Positions 30,840 through 40,721 of a stretch of 64,000 nt of DNA are shown piece after piece. Source of the stretch: Candidatus Altimarinota bacterium (GTDB taxonomy: Bacteria; Patescibacteriota; Gracilibacteria; UBA1369; GCA-2718715). Below the pieces are notes generated by a model, which saw only the letters and a program-made list of their open reading frames with translations, did not search any database and had not been told where the DNA came from. Location: contig JBESAV010000001.1 in the NCBI GenBank assembly GCA_041242255.1, forward strand, positions 832,001 through 896,000, given 5' to 3'. The translations under genes were made by a program, and so were the position numbers. Position 1 is the first letter of the stretch. Each line of letters starts with the position of its first letter.

Positions 30840-32402
30840 ATGACAAATAAAACTGTACGTACAAGGCTAGCTCCTTCCCCAACAGGTTTCTTACACATCG
30901 GTACATTAAGAACAGCACTATACTGTTATCTACACGCAAAAAAGCACAACGGACAATTTATTTTAAGAATCGAAGACACTGATCAAAAAAGAGAAGTTGA
31001 AGGTGCAGTTGAAAACTTGATCCACTCCCTCCAATCATACAATCTAAACTTTGACGAAGGACCAGACAAAGGCGGTCCTCATGCACCTTACACTCAGTCA
31101 CAAAGACTTGATGTATACAACGAAGTTATACAAAAATTAATTGAAGAAAAGAAAGCTTATAGATGTTTCTGTACACCAGAAGAACTAGACCAAATGAGAG
31201 AAGAGCAAAAACTTCTGAAAAAACCACCGATGTACAATCGAAAGTGCCGCCACCTATCAAACGAAGAAATACAATCTAAAATGGACTCAAACACATCCTT
31301 TGTTGTAAGACAAGCAATACCTCTCAATGAAACCGTAGAATTCATGGACGTCGTAAAAGGTAGAATGAAATTTGATACCAACACCCTAGACGACCATGTA
31401 CTAATGAAAGCAGACGGATTCCCAACTTACCACCTAGCTGGAATAGTCGATGATTGGAAAATGGAAATAACTCACATAATGCGAGGAGACGAATGGCTAC
31501 CATCTACTCCAAAACATATCCTTCTATTCCAAAGTTTAGGAGCAGACGTACCAACATACGTTCACCTACCACTCATTCTAAATAACGATGGAACAAAACT
31601 ATCCAAAAGAAAAAATGATGTTTCCGCTTCAAGCTACATCGAAAAAGGTTACGACATCGATGCTATTATAAACTTTATCGCTCTCCTTGGATGGAACCCT
31701 GGTGACAATAGGGAAATTTTCAGTTTAGAAGAACTAACAAAAGAATTCTCACTAGAAAGACTCCAAAAATCAGGTGCAATATTCGATTTAGACAAACTTA
31801 ACTGGTTTAACTGGCAATGGAGAAGACGTAAATACCTAGAGCAAATCACAGAAATTGCTAAGCAAATCCAACCAGACGTGAAAATAAACGAACCCAAAAA
31901 AGGACATTTAAACTTTGATTTCTCTACACCAGAACTAAACCACTCATTCCTTATCAAAAAAGGAGAGATACTAAACAATTACCTACAAAAAGATTTCAAC
32001 ACCGAACACGACTTTCTCATACTTGCAGTACTAGAAGACAAGATCCTCAAAGATGGAGATGAATCAGTTCAAGAAATAGAATACTTCACTGAAACCCCAT
32101 CCAATTACAACTCTGATTTATTCCAACACCAAAAAATGAAAATAGATAAAGAAGCCGCTCGAAAAGCTTTAGAAACAGTTGTCAATAACCTAAAAGAATC
32201 TTTCACAAGCCCAACAGATATCAAACAAAACTTTGTAGACCTCATAAAAGCAAATAATTACAAAAACGGACAAATCCTATGGCCAACTCGAGTCGCTCTC
32301 ACCAACAAAGAGTTTTCACCAGGGGTATTCGACATTGCTTATGTAATTGGTTACGAAGAAACTTTAAAAAGACTCAAAAAATCTATCGAAGCTCTTAGCT
32401 AA
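30840..32402 (+). CDS. gltX: glutamate--tRNA ligase
   Basis: RTRLAPSPTGFLHIG, LRIEDTD, THIMRGDEW, KLSKR. Confidence 0.98.
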   Translation: MTNKTVRTRLAPSPTGFLHIGTLRTALYCYLHAKKHNGQFILRIEDTDQKREVEGAVENLIHSLQSYNLNFDEGPDKGGPHAPYTQSQRLDVYNEVIQKLIEEKKAYRCFCTPEELDQMREEQKLLKKPPMYNRKCRHLSNEEIQSKMDSNTSFVVRQAIPLNETVEFMDVVKGRMKFDTNTLDDHVLMKADGFPTYHLAGIVDDWKMEITHIMRGDEWLPSTPKHILLFQSLGADVPTYVHLPLILNNDGTKLSKRKNDVSASSYIEKGYDIDAIINFIALLGWNPGDNREIFSLEELTKEFSLERLQKSGAIFDLDKLNWFNWQWRRRKYLEQITEIAKQIQPDVKINEPKKGHLNFDFSTPELNHSFLIKKGEILNNYLQKDFNTEHDFLILAVLEDKILKDGDESVQEIEYFTETPSNYNSDLFQHQKMKIDKEAARKALETVVNNLKESFTSPTDIKQNFVDLIKANNYKNGQILWPTRVALTNKEFSPGVFDIAYVIGYEETLKRLKKSIEALS

Positions 32403-33481
32403 TCAACAAACTCTATAGAATTCATAACATTATCAACAGATCTTCTACCAAGGTCTGTTTTTTCAATATCAAAACTTCCTTCTAAAAGCATTCTCTCACC
32501 ATCATTCATTACAAACCAATAAGCTCTAACACAATCATCAGAACTACACCTATCAGTTCTATAAAGCCTACTAACTCTGGTACTCAACCTGTTAGGCACA
32601 TATATTGATACAAAATCACTTGGTAACTCCACAGCTACATTATCTAGCAACTTAACCAGCTTCATACGACTATCAAATTGCGTATCTTTCCACATCCATA
32701 AATCTTCATTTTGATCACTAACCTCTGACATAAAATAAGGAATCTCAATCTCAAAGTCCTCAACTCCATAAATCTTACCTTCTGTATAAACATCTCTCTT
32801 CAAGATAAAACTAATAAGTTCAATCGCATCACCTCTTGTTACCTTCTCGTGAACTGATTTAGATTCACCCAAAAATTCAAACTCATCTCCTTCAAATTCA
32901 AACACCCCTTTCTCTTCTAAAAACTCAAAGTAAGAACTAAACCAAGCTCCTCCTGAATACTCAGGTGACCTAAAGTTACCATTGAGCTTTTCCATTTTCT
33001 CAAAAGAAAACAAAATTTGCTTTAAGAATTCGGCATAAGTCACATCATTTAGCATTCTAAAAGTACCATCTTCATAACCCTTCCAAAATCTTTCATCAAA
33101 ATTCGCAACCTGCTTCACTCCTGTATCCAGGGCTACATACATCCAATCTCTATCCTGATCATACTCATCAAAATCACTAAACCTATCTTCTAGTATCTCA
33201 AATGCAGACTCACCAGAGATATTATATCTATCAACCCCTAAGACTCTATTAACAACCGCAACCATTTCGATCCTCTTCAAATTCTTATCAACATTCAAGT
33301 ATCCTCCTCCACCTCTAATCCATCCTAACTGACAAACATTCACCATATCATCAAATCCATCAATCGAACTATCAACATCTATCCAATTACCGCAAACTGA
33401 TACGCTTTGTGCTCCAGCAACATTCGCTATTAACAAATGGCTCAAAACAGCAACAATCAATAAACTTATAAATCTTCTCAT
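32399..33481 (-). CDS. secreted protein with degenerate SLH repeats
   Basis: Signal peptide ending AGA; KGYEDGTFRMLNDVTYAEFLK, LKRIEMVAVV, VTRGDAIEL. Confidence 0.7.
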   Translation of the reverse strand: MRRFISLLIVAVLSHLLIANVAGAQSVSVCGNWIDVDSSIDGFDDMVNVCQLGWIRGGGGYLNVDKNLKRIEMVAVVNRVLGVDRYNISGESAFEILEDRFSDFDEYDQDRDWMYVALDTGVKQVANFDERFWKGYEDGTFRMLNDVTYAEFLKQILFSFEKMEKLNGNFRSPEYSGGAWFSSYFEFLEEKGVFEFEGDEFEFLGESKSVHEKVTRGDAIELISFILKRDVYTEGKIYGVEDFEIEIPYFMSEVSDQNEDLWMWKDTQFDSRMKLVKLLDNVAVELPSDFVSIYVPNRLSTRVSRLYRTDRCSSDDCVRAYWFVMNDGERMLLEGSFDIEKTDLGRRSVDNVMNSIEFVD

Positions 33482-33545
33482 ATTTGAGTAAACTTGACTT
33501 TAAACATCTTAAGTTTACACTATTCACATACAATAATAAATCAAT

Positions 33546-33890
33546 ATGGATTTCAAACTCATGAAAGAAATCATTACAGTATTGAAACAACAAGTAAAGT
33601 GCACCAAATGCAACAAAAAATTCGTCCTACGAGAGATAGAAGTTATGGATGTTGAAGAGACTGGCATGACAATTGCCTGCAATTGCAGTCGTTGCGAGCA
33701 CCAATCACAACTAGAAGTAGATCTCAAACCAATGCAAGACTTTTACGAAAAAAACAAATCAAATAGAAAACCACAGAACTTAAAAGTAACTGCAAAAAAA
33801 ATTCACAAGATCACAACTGACGACATATTAGATATGAGAAATTTCCTTAAAGATTTTAGTGGAGACTTCAAAGAAATCTTTAAAGGTTAA
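33546..33890 (+). CDS. putative zinc-ribbon protein
   Basis: CTKC...CNCSRC; C-terminal ITTDDILDMRNFLKDFSGDFKEIF. Confidence 0.7.
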   Translation: MDFKLMKEIITVLKQQVKCTKCNKKFVLREIEVMDVEETGMTIACNCSRCEHQSQLEVDLKPMQDFYEKNKSNRKPQNLKVTAKKIHKITTDDILDMRNFLKDFSGDFKEIFKG

Positions 33891-33894
33891 CAGC

Positions 33895-34116
33895 ATGAGA
33901 AAAGTTTTAATTGCACTCTTAACTATAGCCTTAGCAGGTTGTTCAAGCATTTCAGAAATCGAACAAGTTCAACAAGCACAAGACAAAGTTACTGATCTAA
34001 AAAATCAAGCACAAGAGCTCAAGGACAATGCCGAAACTAAAATTGATCAAGCTCAAAAAGTTAAAAAAGAATTCGACGAATTTTCCGACGCCTGGAATGA
34101 ATTTAATGGAGAATAA
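33895..34116 (+). CDS. small coiled-coil lipoprotein
   Basis: MRKVLIALLTIALAG|C lipobox when started at ATG 33895. Confidence 0.75.
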   Translation: MRKVLIALLTIALAGCSSISEIEQVQQAQDKVTDLKNQAQELKDNAETKIDQAQKVKKEFDEFSDAWNEFNGE

Positions 34117-34520
34117 TGGACCTACTGCAAAGACTCTTCCAACCATTTATGATCTCTATCTACTTATTTGTGATAGGCCTTTTCTACCGTATTTACCTGA
34201 ATCGCAAACTTTCTTCTGAACAAATACAACAAATCGCCTACGACAAAAAATATATTAGAAATTGGAGCATATTAGCCAGCTTAATGTTCATTTTTATTAG
34301 TTTCACTTTTGCCTTTCAAGAAATCAACAACTCAAAACTAAGCAACATATTCTTTATATTTGTCTTAATCTCAGGAATAATCATTAATCAACTGAACTCT
34401 AAAGTCCTTAGAAAACACTTCAATACTGAACAAACAAAAATACACGCCAAAACTCACATGATCATTCAAACTTCTCTACTTTTCTTATTAATAATTAGTT
34501 TAACTAAAATATTAACCTAA
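34116..34520 (+). CDS. hypothetical membrane protein (about 4 TM)
   Basis: Four hydrophobic segments; TAATG coupling. Confidence 0.65.
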   Translation: MDLLQRLFQPFMISIYLFVIGLFYRIYLNRKLSSEQIQQIAYDKKYIRNWSILASLMFIFISFTFAFQEINNSKLSNIFFIFVLISGIIINQLNSKVLRKHFNTEQTKIHAKTHMIIQTSLLFLLIISLTKILT

Positions 34521-34633
34521 TTATCAAACACTACTCCCTTTTATCCATACAATTTAGGTAAGAGCTTCTTTGCGGTTCTCGACAAAAAGTATAAACTTAC
34601 AACAATTACAAAATCAATCAACCTCTTTTTAAG

Positions 34634-35653
34634 ATGTCAATCAAGTCAGATTTCCTCATAAAGATTTATGAAAAAGCCCAGTCAAATCCAAAAAGAATTC
34701 TGTTTGCTGAATCAGATCTAGATGAAGCAACTTTAGAAGCTTGTATAAAAATTGCCGACTTAAAACTAGCCAAACCTATTCTACTTGCACAACCAGGTAA
34801 CACCAAAGGTCTACTCCACAAAATTAAGGGAATTAGTGGGAAGGTACCAGAAGAATTCGAGATAATTGACCCTCAAAATCACAAAAAAACTCTACCCCAA
34901 ATCGCAGAACAACTAGTTAATATACGAAAACACAAAGGATTAACTTTCGACCAGGCTCTACAAAAACTTGAATCACCATATTATTACTCTGTCATGCTTC
35001 TACATGACGACGAAGTTGATGGAATCATAACAGGACGAAATTGCTCTACAAAAGTATCAGTGAAACCAGCATTTCAGATTCTCAAAGCAAAAGACACTCA
35101 CCAACTAGCCTCCAGTTTTTTCATAATGCTACACCAATCAAGACTTTTACTCTTTGCTGACTGCGCTATCAATATAGATCCAGATCCAAAAGACCTTATG
35201 CACATAGCAATCGATACAGCTAAAACTGCTCAAAAATTTGGCATCGATCCAAAAATAGCTTTTCTATCTTTCTCAACAAATCAATCCAGCCTCCATCCTG
35301 AAGCTCAAAAAATAGTTCAAGCCACAAACTTAACTAAAGACTACATCTCAAAACACAACTTAAAATTCAAAGTCGAAGGAGACCTCCAAGTTGATGCAGC
35401 GCTTATACCAGAAATATCTCAAAAAAAATTCCCAGACAACTCACTTCAAGGACAAGCAAACATACTTGTTTTTCCAAATCTTTTCGCCGGAAACATTGCT
35501 TACAAAATGGTAGAACGACTCGGAAATGCAGAAGCTCTAGGACCAATACTCCAAGGTTTAAGTAAGCCCTTTAATGATCTCTCCAGAGGTTCAAAAGAAG
35601 AAGATATTATCAACCTAACTGCCATTACAACTGTTGAAGCACAATCTGAATAG
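34634..35653 (+). CDS. pta: phosphate acetyltransferase
   Basis: FADCAINIDP, AFLSFST, EGDLQVDAAL, FPNLFAGNIAYK, GPILQGLSKPFNDLSRG. Confidence 0.95.
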   Translation: MSIKSDFLIKIYEKAQSNPKRILFAESDLDEATLEACIKIADLKLAKPILLAQPGNTKGLLHKIKGISGKVPEEFEIIDPQNHKKTLPQIAEQLVNIRKHKGLTFDQALQKLESPYYYSVMLLHDDEVDGIITGRNCSTKVSVKPAFQILKAKDTHQLASSFFIMLHQSRLLLFADCAINIDPDPKDLMHIAIDTAKTAQKFGIDPKIAFLSFSTNQSSLHPEAQKIVQATNLTKDYISKHNLKFKVEGDLQVDAALIPEISQKKFPDNSLQGQANILVFPNLFAGNIAYKMVERLGNAEALGPILQGLSKPFNDLSRGSKEEDIINLTAITTVEAQSE

Positions 35654-35666
35654 ATAAAACCATATT

Positions 35667-36707
35667 ATGAAAAACAAAATTTTAGTCATAAACTCAGGAT
35701 CTTCCAGCATAAAAATTCATGTATTCAACGTTTCTGATTTACAAGAAACCAAAACTATCAATTACGAATACACACCATCCAAAAAAACTAATTTTACAAC
35801 CCACCTAAAAAAAGCCTACAAAAAACTCCATCTTAATTCTGAAGACTTTTTATTTGTTGCCCACAGAGTTGTTCATGGTGGTAAAAAATACCAAGAACCA
35901 GTACTCATAACTAAAACTGTAGAAAAAGATATACAAAAACTAGGTCAAATTGCTCCATTACATAACCCTATCAACCTTGAATCAATTCAGTTCTTCAAAA
36001 AAATATTTCAAGTACCACATATAGCAGTTTTTGATACATCTTTCTTCAGTCATCTCCCGAAAGTAGCTCAAATTTATGGACTTCCAATCCAGCTCTATCT
36101 TGAACACAATATCCAGAAATATGGTTTTCACGGTATCAGCCACCAGTACCTGTACAATCAATTCACAAAAGATTCCAAAATAAAAAAAGCCAGTGGAATA
36201 ACCTGTCATTTAGGAAATGGGGTTAGTATAACGGCTCACCATCAAGGAGAACCTATTGAAACAACAATGGGGTTCACACCAACCAGCGGTTGTATAATGG
36301 GAACTAGATCTGGTGATATCGACCCTGGAATACTAGTTTATCTTAAATCCAAAAACAAAAAACTAGATCTAAACAAACTTCTCAACAAAGAATCAGGACT
36401 CTACGGACTAACAGGGACTCACCACATGAAAGAAATTCATGAGTTAGCCCAAAGCAATCATCAAACCGCCAAATTAGCCATAGAAATATACTCATACAGC
36501 ATAGCTAAACATATTGGATCCCTAGCTTCCCTACTACCTAGTATTGATTTCTTAATATTTAGTGGTGGTATTGGATACAACGCACCTTACATTCGAAAAG
36601 CCATTCTTGATTATTTACCTGGTTTAAACCTACCTAAACCAACTATCCTGCAAACCAACGAAGCTTACCAAATCGCATTATTAGCTAAAGATGCTTACGA
36701 AAAGTAA
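35667..36707 (+). CDS. ackA: acetate kinase
   Basis: LVINSGSSSIK, HRVVHGG, APLHNP, YGFHGISH, HLGNG, TMGFTP...GTRSGDIDP. Confidence 0.96.
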   Translation: MKNKILVINSGSSSIKIHVFNVSDLQETKTINYEYTPSKKTNFTTHLKKAYKKLHLNSEDFLFVAHRVVHGGKKYQEPVLITKTVEKDIQKLGQIAPLHNPINLESIQFFKKIFQVPHIAVFDTSFFSHLPKVAQIYGLPIQLYLEHNIQKYGFHGISHQYLYNQFTKDSKIKKASGITCHLGNGVSITAHHQGEPIETTMGFTPTSGCIMGTRSGDIDPGILVYLKSKNKKLDLNKLLNKESGLYGLTGTHHMKEIHELAQSNHQTAKLAIEIYSYSIAKHIGSLASLLPSIDFLIFSGGIGYNAPYIRKAILDYLPGLNLPKPTILQTNEAYQIALLAKDAYEK

Positions 36708-36713
36708 TTTCTA

Positions 36714-36722
36714 TGGTATAAT
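36714..36722 (+). promoter_or_regulatory. extended -10 promoter TGGTATAAT for the AMP phosphorylase gene
   Basis: Perfect TGnTATAAT in the 37-nt gap after ackA. Confidence 0.55.
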
Positions 36723-36744
36723 AAATAGATAATTAACTACAAAC

Positions 36745-38241
36745 ATGAGATTACCTTTTTACAAAATACCAATCAAAAACGGTAAACTTTTTTTAGCAGT
36801 CCTTCACACTGAAGATGCCAAAAAGCTAAGTATCAAACCTGGAGACAGATTAAAACTCCAAAACACTTCAAAAAACTACAAAGAAATCACCGCAATTTGT
36901 GAAGTTACAGAAGAAAAAAAACACCTAGGTAAAATAGGTCTATATTCTGAAACAATTCAACAAATAAACGCTACAAAATCAGATGAAATCAAAGTCACCG
37001 TAGCCGAAACCCCTATCTCAGTAGAATACATAAAAAACAAACTTAACGGCCATAGACTAACCGAAGAAGAGATAAATGAAATCGTGAAAGACATAGTTCA
37101 CGACAATCTATCAAAGTCAGAAATGTCTTATTTCATTGCTGCCTGTTATGTACATGGACTTGATGATTACGAAACAGCCTTCCTAACCAAATCAATAGTA
37201 AGCAATGGTCAAACTATTAAATTCTCCGAAGGAAGAATAGTAGACAAACATTGTATAGGAGGAGTTCCAGGAAACAGAACCACTATGTTAATTGTTCCAA
37301 TCATAACTGCAGCCGGACTTAAGATGCCTAAAACCTCATCTAGATCAATCACTTCACCAGCTGGAACAGCCGATACTATGGAGGTATTATCAAACGTAAC
37401 AGTAGAGGCTGACGATTTATATAAAATCGCCCAAAAAGTTGGTGGTTTCATAGCTTGGGGTGGTGGTGTAGACATTGCTTCTGCTGATGACAAACTGATT
37501 GCACTTAGACACACAATGAGCTTAGATCCTCAAGGAATGCTTATCGCATCTATTATGGCCAAGAAATTTGCAGTTGGTTCAACCGACGTACTAATCGACG
37601 TACCTTATGGAGAACAAGTAAAAGTTAAAACCAAGTCAGGAGCAACAAAACTTAAAAAACGCTTTGAAAAAATAGGAAAACTTCTAGGTATGAACGTCAA
37701 AGTGATCCTTACAAAGGGAGAACAACCTATCGGAAACGGTATAGGCCCTGTCTTAGAAGCCGTCGACGTGATGAAAGTTCTAAAACAGGAAGAAGACAGA
37801 CCAAAAGATCTTGAAGAAAAATCCTTAGAAATGGCTGGGATCATACTTGAAATGAGCGGAACATGTAAAAGAAACCAAGGTTATAAACTCGCCAAACAAA
37901 TTCTTACTTCAAAAGAGGCATTAGCCCAAATGAAGAAAATCATGAAGGCTCAAGGAAAATCAAAGATCAAAATCAAAGCAGCTAAATTCAAAACTGAAAT
38001 CAAAACTCCTCATAAAGGAAAGCTAACCTTCACCAACAATAAACTCATATCACTTATTGCTAGAACAGCTGGATCACCAAACGATCCATACGCAGGAGTT
38101 TACATACACCAAAAAGTTGGAAATAAATTCAAAAAAGGACAACCACTTATAACAATTCAAGGTAACAACAAAAACAGAGTTAAAGAAGCAGAAGAAATTC
38201 TAAAAAAAGAATTCCAAAACCTTTTTACTATCAAAAACTAG
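36745..38241 (+). CDS. AMP phosphorylase-type nucleoside monophosphate phosphorylase (thymidine phosphorylase family)
   Basis: About 500 aa with N-terminal extension (EDAKKLSIKPGDRL); DKHCIGGVPGNRTT, PKTSSRSITSPAGTADTME, QPIGNGIGPVLEA. Confidence 0.9.
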   Translation: MRLPFYKIPIKNGKLFLAVLHTEDAKKLSIKPGDRLKLQNTSKNYKEITAICEVTEEKKHLGKIGLYSETIQQINATKSDEIKVTVAETPISVEYIKNKLNGHRLTEEEINEIVKDIVHDNLSKSEMSYFIAACYVHGLDDYETAFLTKSIVSNGQTIKFSEGRIVDKHCIGGVPGNRTTMLIVPIITAAGLKMPKTSSRSITSPAGTADTMEVLSNVTVEADDLYKIAQKVGGFIAWGGGVDIASADDKLIALRHTMSLDPQGMLIASIMAKKFAVGSTDVLIDVPYGEQVKVKTKSGATKLKKRFEKIGKLLGMNVKVILTKGEQPIGNGIGPVLEAVDVMKVLKQEEDRPKDLEEKSLEMAGIILEMSGTCKRNQGYKLAKQILTSKEALAQMKKIMKAQGKSKIKIKAAKFKTEIKTPHKGKLTFTNNKLISLIARTAGSPNDPYAGVYIHQKVGNKFKKGQPLITIQGNNKNRVKEAEEILKKEFQNLFTIKN

Positions 38242-40097
38242 CTACTAGTATCTAAATCAATTGAATATATAGATCTATCATCAATCAGATAGATCTTTTC
38301 TCCTAAATAATCGATATCAAAATCTACTACATCTAATTCAGGAAAATAATACTGCCTAACATAATCCAAAGAAGATCTACTCGAAGACTTAAAATACTGA
38401 ACTATTCTATTTTCTGATTTTTCAAAAACAAAAACATAAGGAACATCCAATTCAGTATAAATCTTGGTTGGATTTAAAATAGGCAACATTGGTTTACTTT
38501 CAATTCTAAAATCATCATCTAGCTCTCCACTTAAAAATCTAAATATATCTCCACCTTCAGTAACAACGTATATGTAACCATCAATAGCAAGATCTACCGC
38601 ACTATCGATAAACCTTCCATAACCCTCCAACAAATATGGATTTGCCTGCCTAACAGTATCTCTTCCAACTTGATATCTCCAAATCTGCCTATTTTCAACA
38701 TCTAATGCATAAAGCCTCCCTGCATACCAAGATACTCCATCCTGAACATTAAAATCATCATCCTCAGACGCTAAATTTCTTGCTAAACCATCTCCAACAC
38801 TTATAGCCCCTTCTTCATTTAAAGCATATAAAGTATCCTCTGCATCATCCCATACATATTGATCAACCCCAACACCAGGATCAAAAGTTATCGGCTCTTT
38901 TTCTACACCTGAAACAAACTGGAATAACCTATTTTGCGTAACTGCATAAAGATTAACCCCATCACTATGAACCGATTGCAAGGTATAGTTCATCTCAGCT
39001 GGACCTATAATGTCATGCTCCAACCTTGGATCAACCGTCACGACATTATCAACCTTAGATTTTATTTCTCTTATTTGGTCATACAAAAGCTCTGATTCAT
39101 CTTCTAACTCTTCTACTCCTCTAGCTAAAGTTATCTTTGCTTCAGCATTCTGCAACAAATTACTAATGGCATCTTTATCGAATTCACTCTTTGCATTATT
39201 AATTATCAATTGAGCAACATCCAATTCATCTCTATATCGATCGATTTCTGCTCTAACTACAGATAAATGCGCTAAATACAAAGTAGATCCCGCAAAAACA
39301 ATCAACAGTAAAATAACCGAAACCATAATATTCTTTCTCAAACCTGCATCAATAGACTTTATATCCCCCCTTGCCAAAGATCTAAACACGAAGCTAGCTC
39401 CTCGCTTAAATCTTTGAAGCATCTCACCCTTTTCTACTACAGGAGCCTCTTTCCTAAACACAACATCTTTACACTCAATAAAATCAATAAGCAGCTTTCC
39501 ATCTAACTCAAACTCAACTTTGTCAGTTAACCATTTCACAAAATCACCAAATTGCATTCTCAAAGACTCTCTAATCAACTGAGACTCTGAAACATATCTA
39601 AGCAACCTAACATTTGAAACAATATACCTATCCTTTACCTCAATTGCCCCAGAAACAACATTATCAAATAACTCATCACTTCCTGAAGTCACTTCAATAG
39701 CATCACCAACATTCATAAACTCTCCAGATCGAACCAGATAAATCTCACCGCTACCCGATTTCGTAAAAGCAATCTTCCCATTAGACTCAGCAATCAAAAC
39801 TGCAGACAGACTCAAATCTTCAACTTCAGAAGTAAGCTCTAAAAAAACCTGATTCACCTTCATTACACCAGCTTCGAACCTATTAAATAAATTTCCATCT
39901 TCCAAAAACTTCTCTTTAAATGAATCATTCAAAGCATTTACAAGTTCATTCAGAAACACCTTATCTTCACTCTTTTCTACTCTAAACAAAAAGTTATAAC
40001 TCCCCTTCCCTTTATCCAGAACTAAACTAAAAGATTCATCAAAACTTTCTCCTTCACCAATTACGATAGATTTTAGATTGATCTCTGTTCTATTCAT
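38238..40097 (-). CDS. bitopic membrane protein: degenerate PP2C-like N-domain, TM, helical stalk, beta-propeller
   Basis: LSLSAVL...GSGEIYLVRSGE...GAIEVKDRYIVSN; central TM; LYALDVENRQIWRY, DLAIDGYIYVVTEGG blade-like repeats. Confidence 0.6.
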   Translation of the reverse strand: MNRTEINLKSIVIGEGESFDESFSLVLDKGKGSYNFLFRVEKSEDKVFLNELVNALNDSFKEKFLEDGNLFNRFEAGVMKVNQVFLELTSEVEDLSLSAVLIAESNGKIAFTKSGSGEIYLVRSGEFMNVGDAIEVTSGSDELFDNVVSGAIEVKDRYIVSNVRLLRYVSESQLIRESLRMQFGDFVKWLTDKVEFELDGKLLIDFIECKDVVFRKEAPVVEKGEMLQRFKRGASFVFRSLARGDIKSIDAGLRKNIMVSVILLLIVFAGSTLYLAHLSVVRAEIDRYRDELDVAQLIINNAKSEFDKDAISNLLQNAEAKITLARGVEELEDESELLYDQIREIKSKVDNVVTVDPRLEHDIIGPAEMNYTLQSVHSDGVNLYAVTQNRLFQFVSGVEKEPITFDPGVGVDQYVWDDAEDTLYALNEEGAISVGDGLARNLASEDDDFNVQDGVSWYAGRLYALDVENRQIWRYQVGRDTVRQANPYLLEGYGRFIDSAVDLAIDGYIYVVTEGGDIFRFLSGELDDDFRIESKPMLPILNPTKIYTELDVPYVFVFEKSENRIVQYFKSSSRSSLDYVRQYYFPELDVVDFDIDYLGEKIYLIDDRSIYSIDLDTSS

Positions 40098-40219
40098 ACT
40101 GAAATTTAATTATTCGCATTTTAGCATATTTTCAAGCTAGATCACTAAAAAACTTTGACTAAAAACATAATATAACATAGTATCCGACTACCAAATATGA
40201 CTATTAACTAAGCACACCC

Positions 40220-40363
40220 ATGTCGAAAAATGTAGGTAAAATGAAAGGGAACAAAAGAAGAAGAAAAAGAGTTCATGGTTTCCTAAGAAGAAAACTAACC
40301 AAAGCTGGTAGAAACGTACTTAAAAGAAGAAGACAAAAAGGTAGAAAAAGATTAACTGTTTAA
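40220..40363 (+). CDS. rpmH: 50S ribosomal protein L34 (not in the ORF track, 47 aa)
   Basis: Hand translation [47 protein letters not shown]; directly upstream of rnpA. Confidence 0.95.
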   Translation: MSKNVGKMKGNKRRRKRVHGFLRRKLTKAGRNVLKRRRQKGRKRLTV

Positions 40364-40367
40364 GTAG

Positions 40368-40721
40368 ATGATCCCACAAGATTTACGTCTTAAACAAAAT
40401 CACAGCATAAACAAAGTATTCAAAAATGGTCAGCATTCCAAAAGCGACCATTTTTTCTATAAACATACAAAAAACGAACACCAATCCCCAAAATTCTGCA
40501 TAACTGTTGCCAAAAAATTAAAACTTAACAAACCGCAACGAAACAAACTCAAAAGACAAATATCCCACATTGTCTATGATTTTATTAAAGCCAATCCTTC
40601 AAAAACTAATTTACCCTTCAACATAGTTATTGTTTTACATACAATACCCAAGAGTAAAAACTATTTTTTAGTTTTAAAAAATGAAATTCAAGAGACACTA
40701 AACAAACTTTCAAATGAATAA
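40368..40721 (+). CDS. rnpA: ribonuclease P protein component
   Basis: RLK...KVFKNG, FCITVAKK...QRNKLKR; canonical position between rpmH and yidC. Confidence 0.9.
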   Translation: MIPQDLRLKQNHSINKVFKNGQHSKSDHFFYKHTKNEHQSPKFCITVAKKLKLNKPQRNKLKRQISHIVYDFIKANPSKTNLPFNIVIVLHTIPKSKNYFLVLKNEIQETLNKLSNE

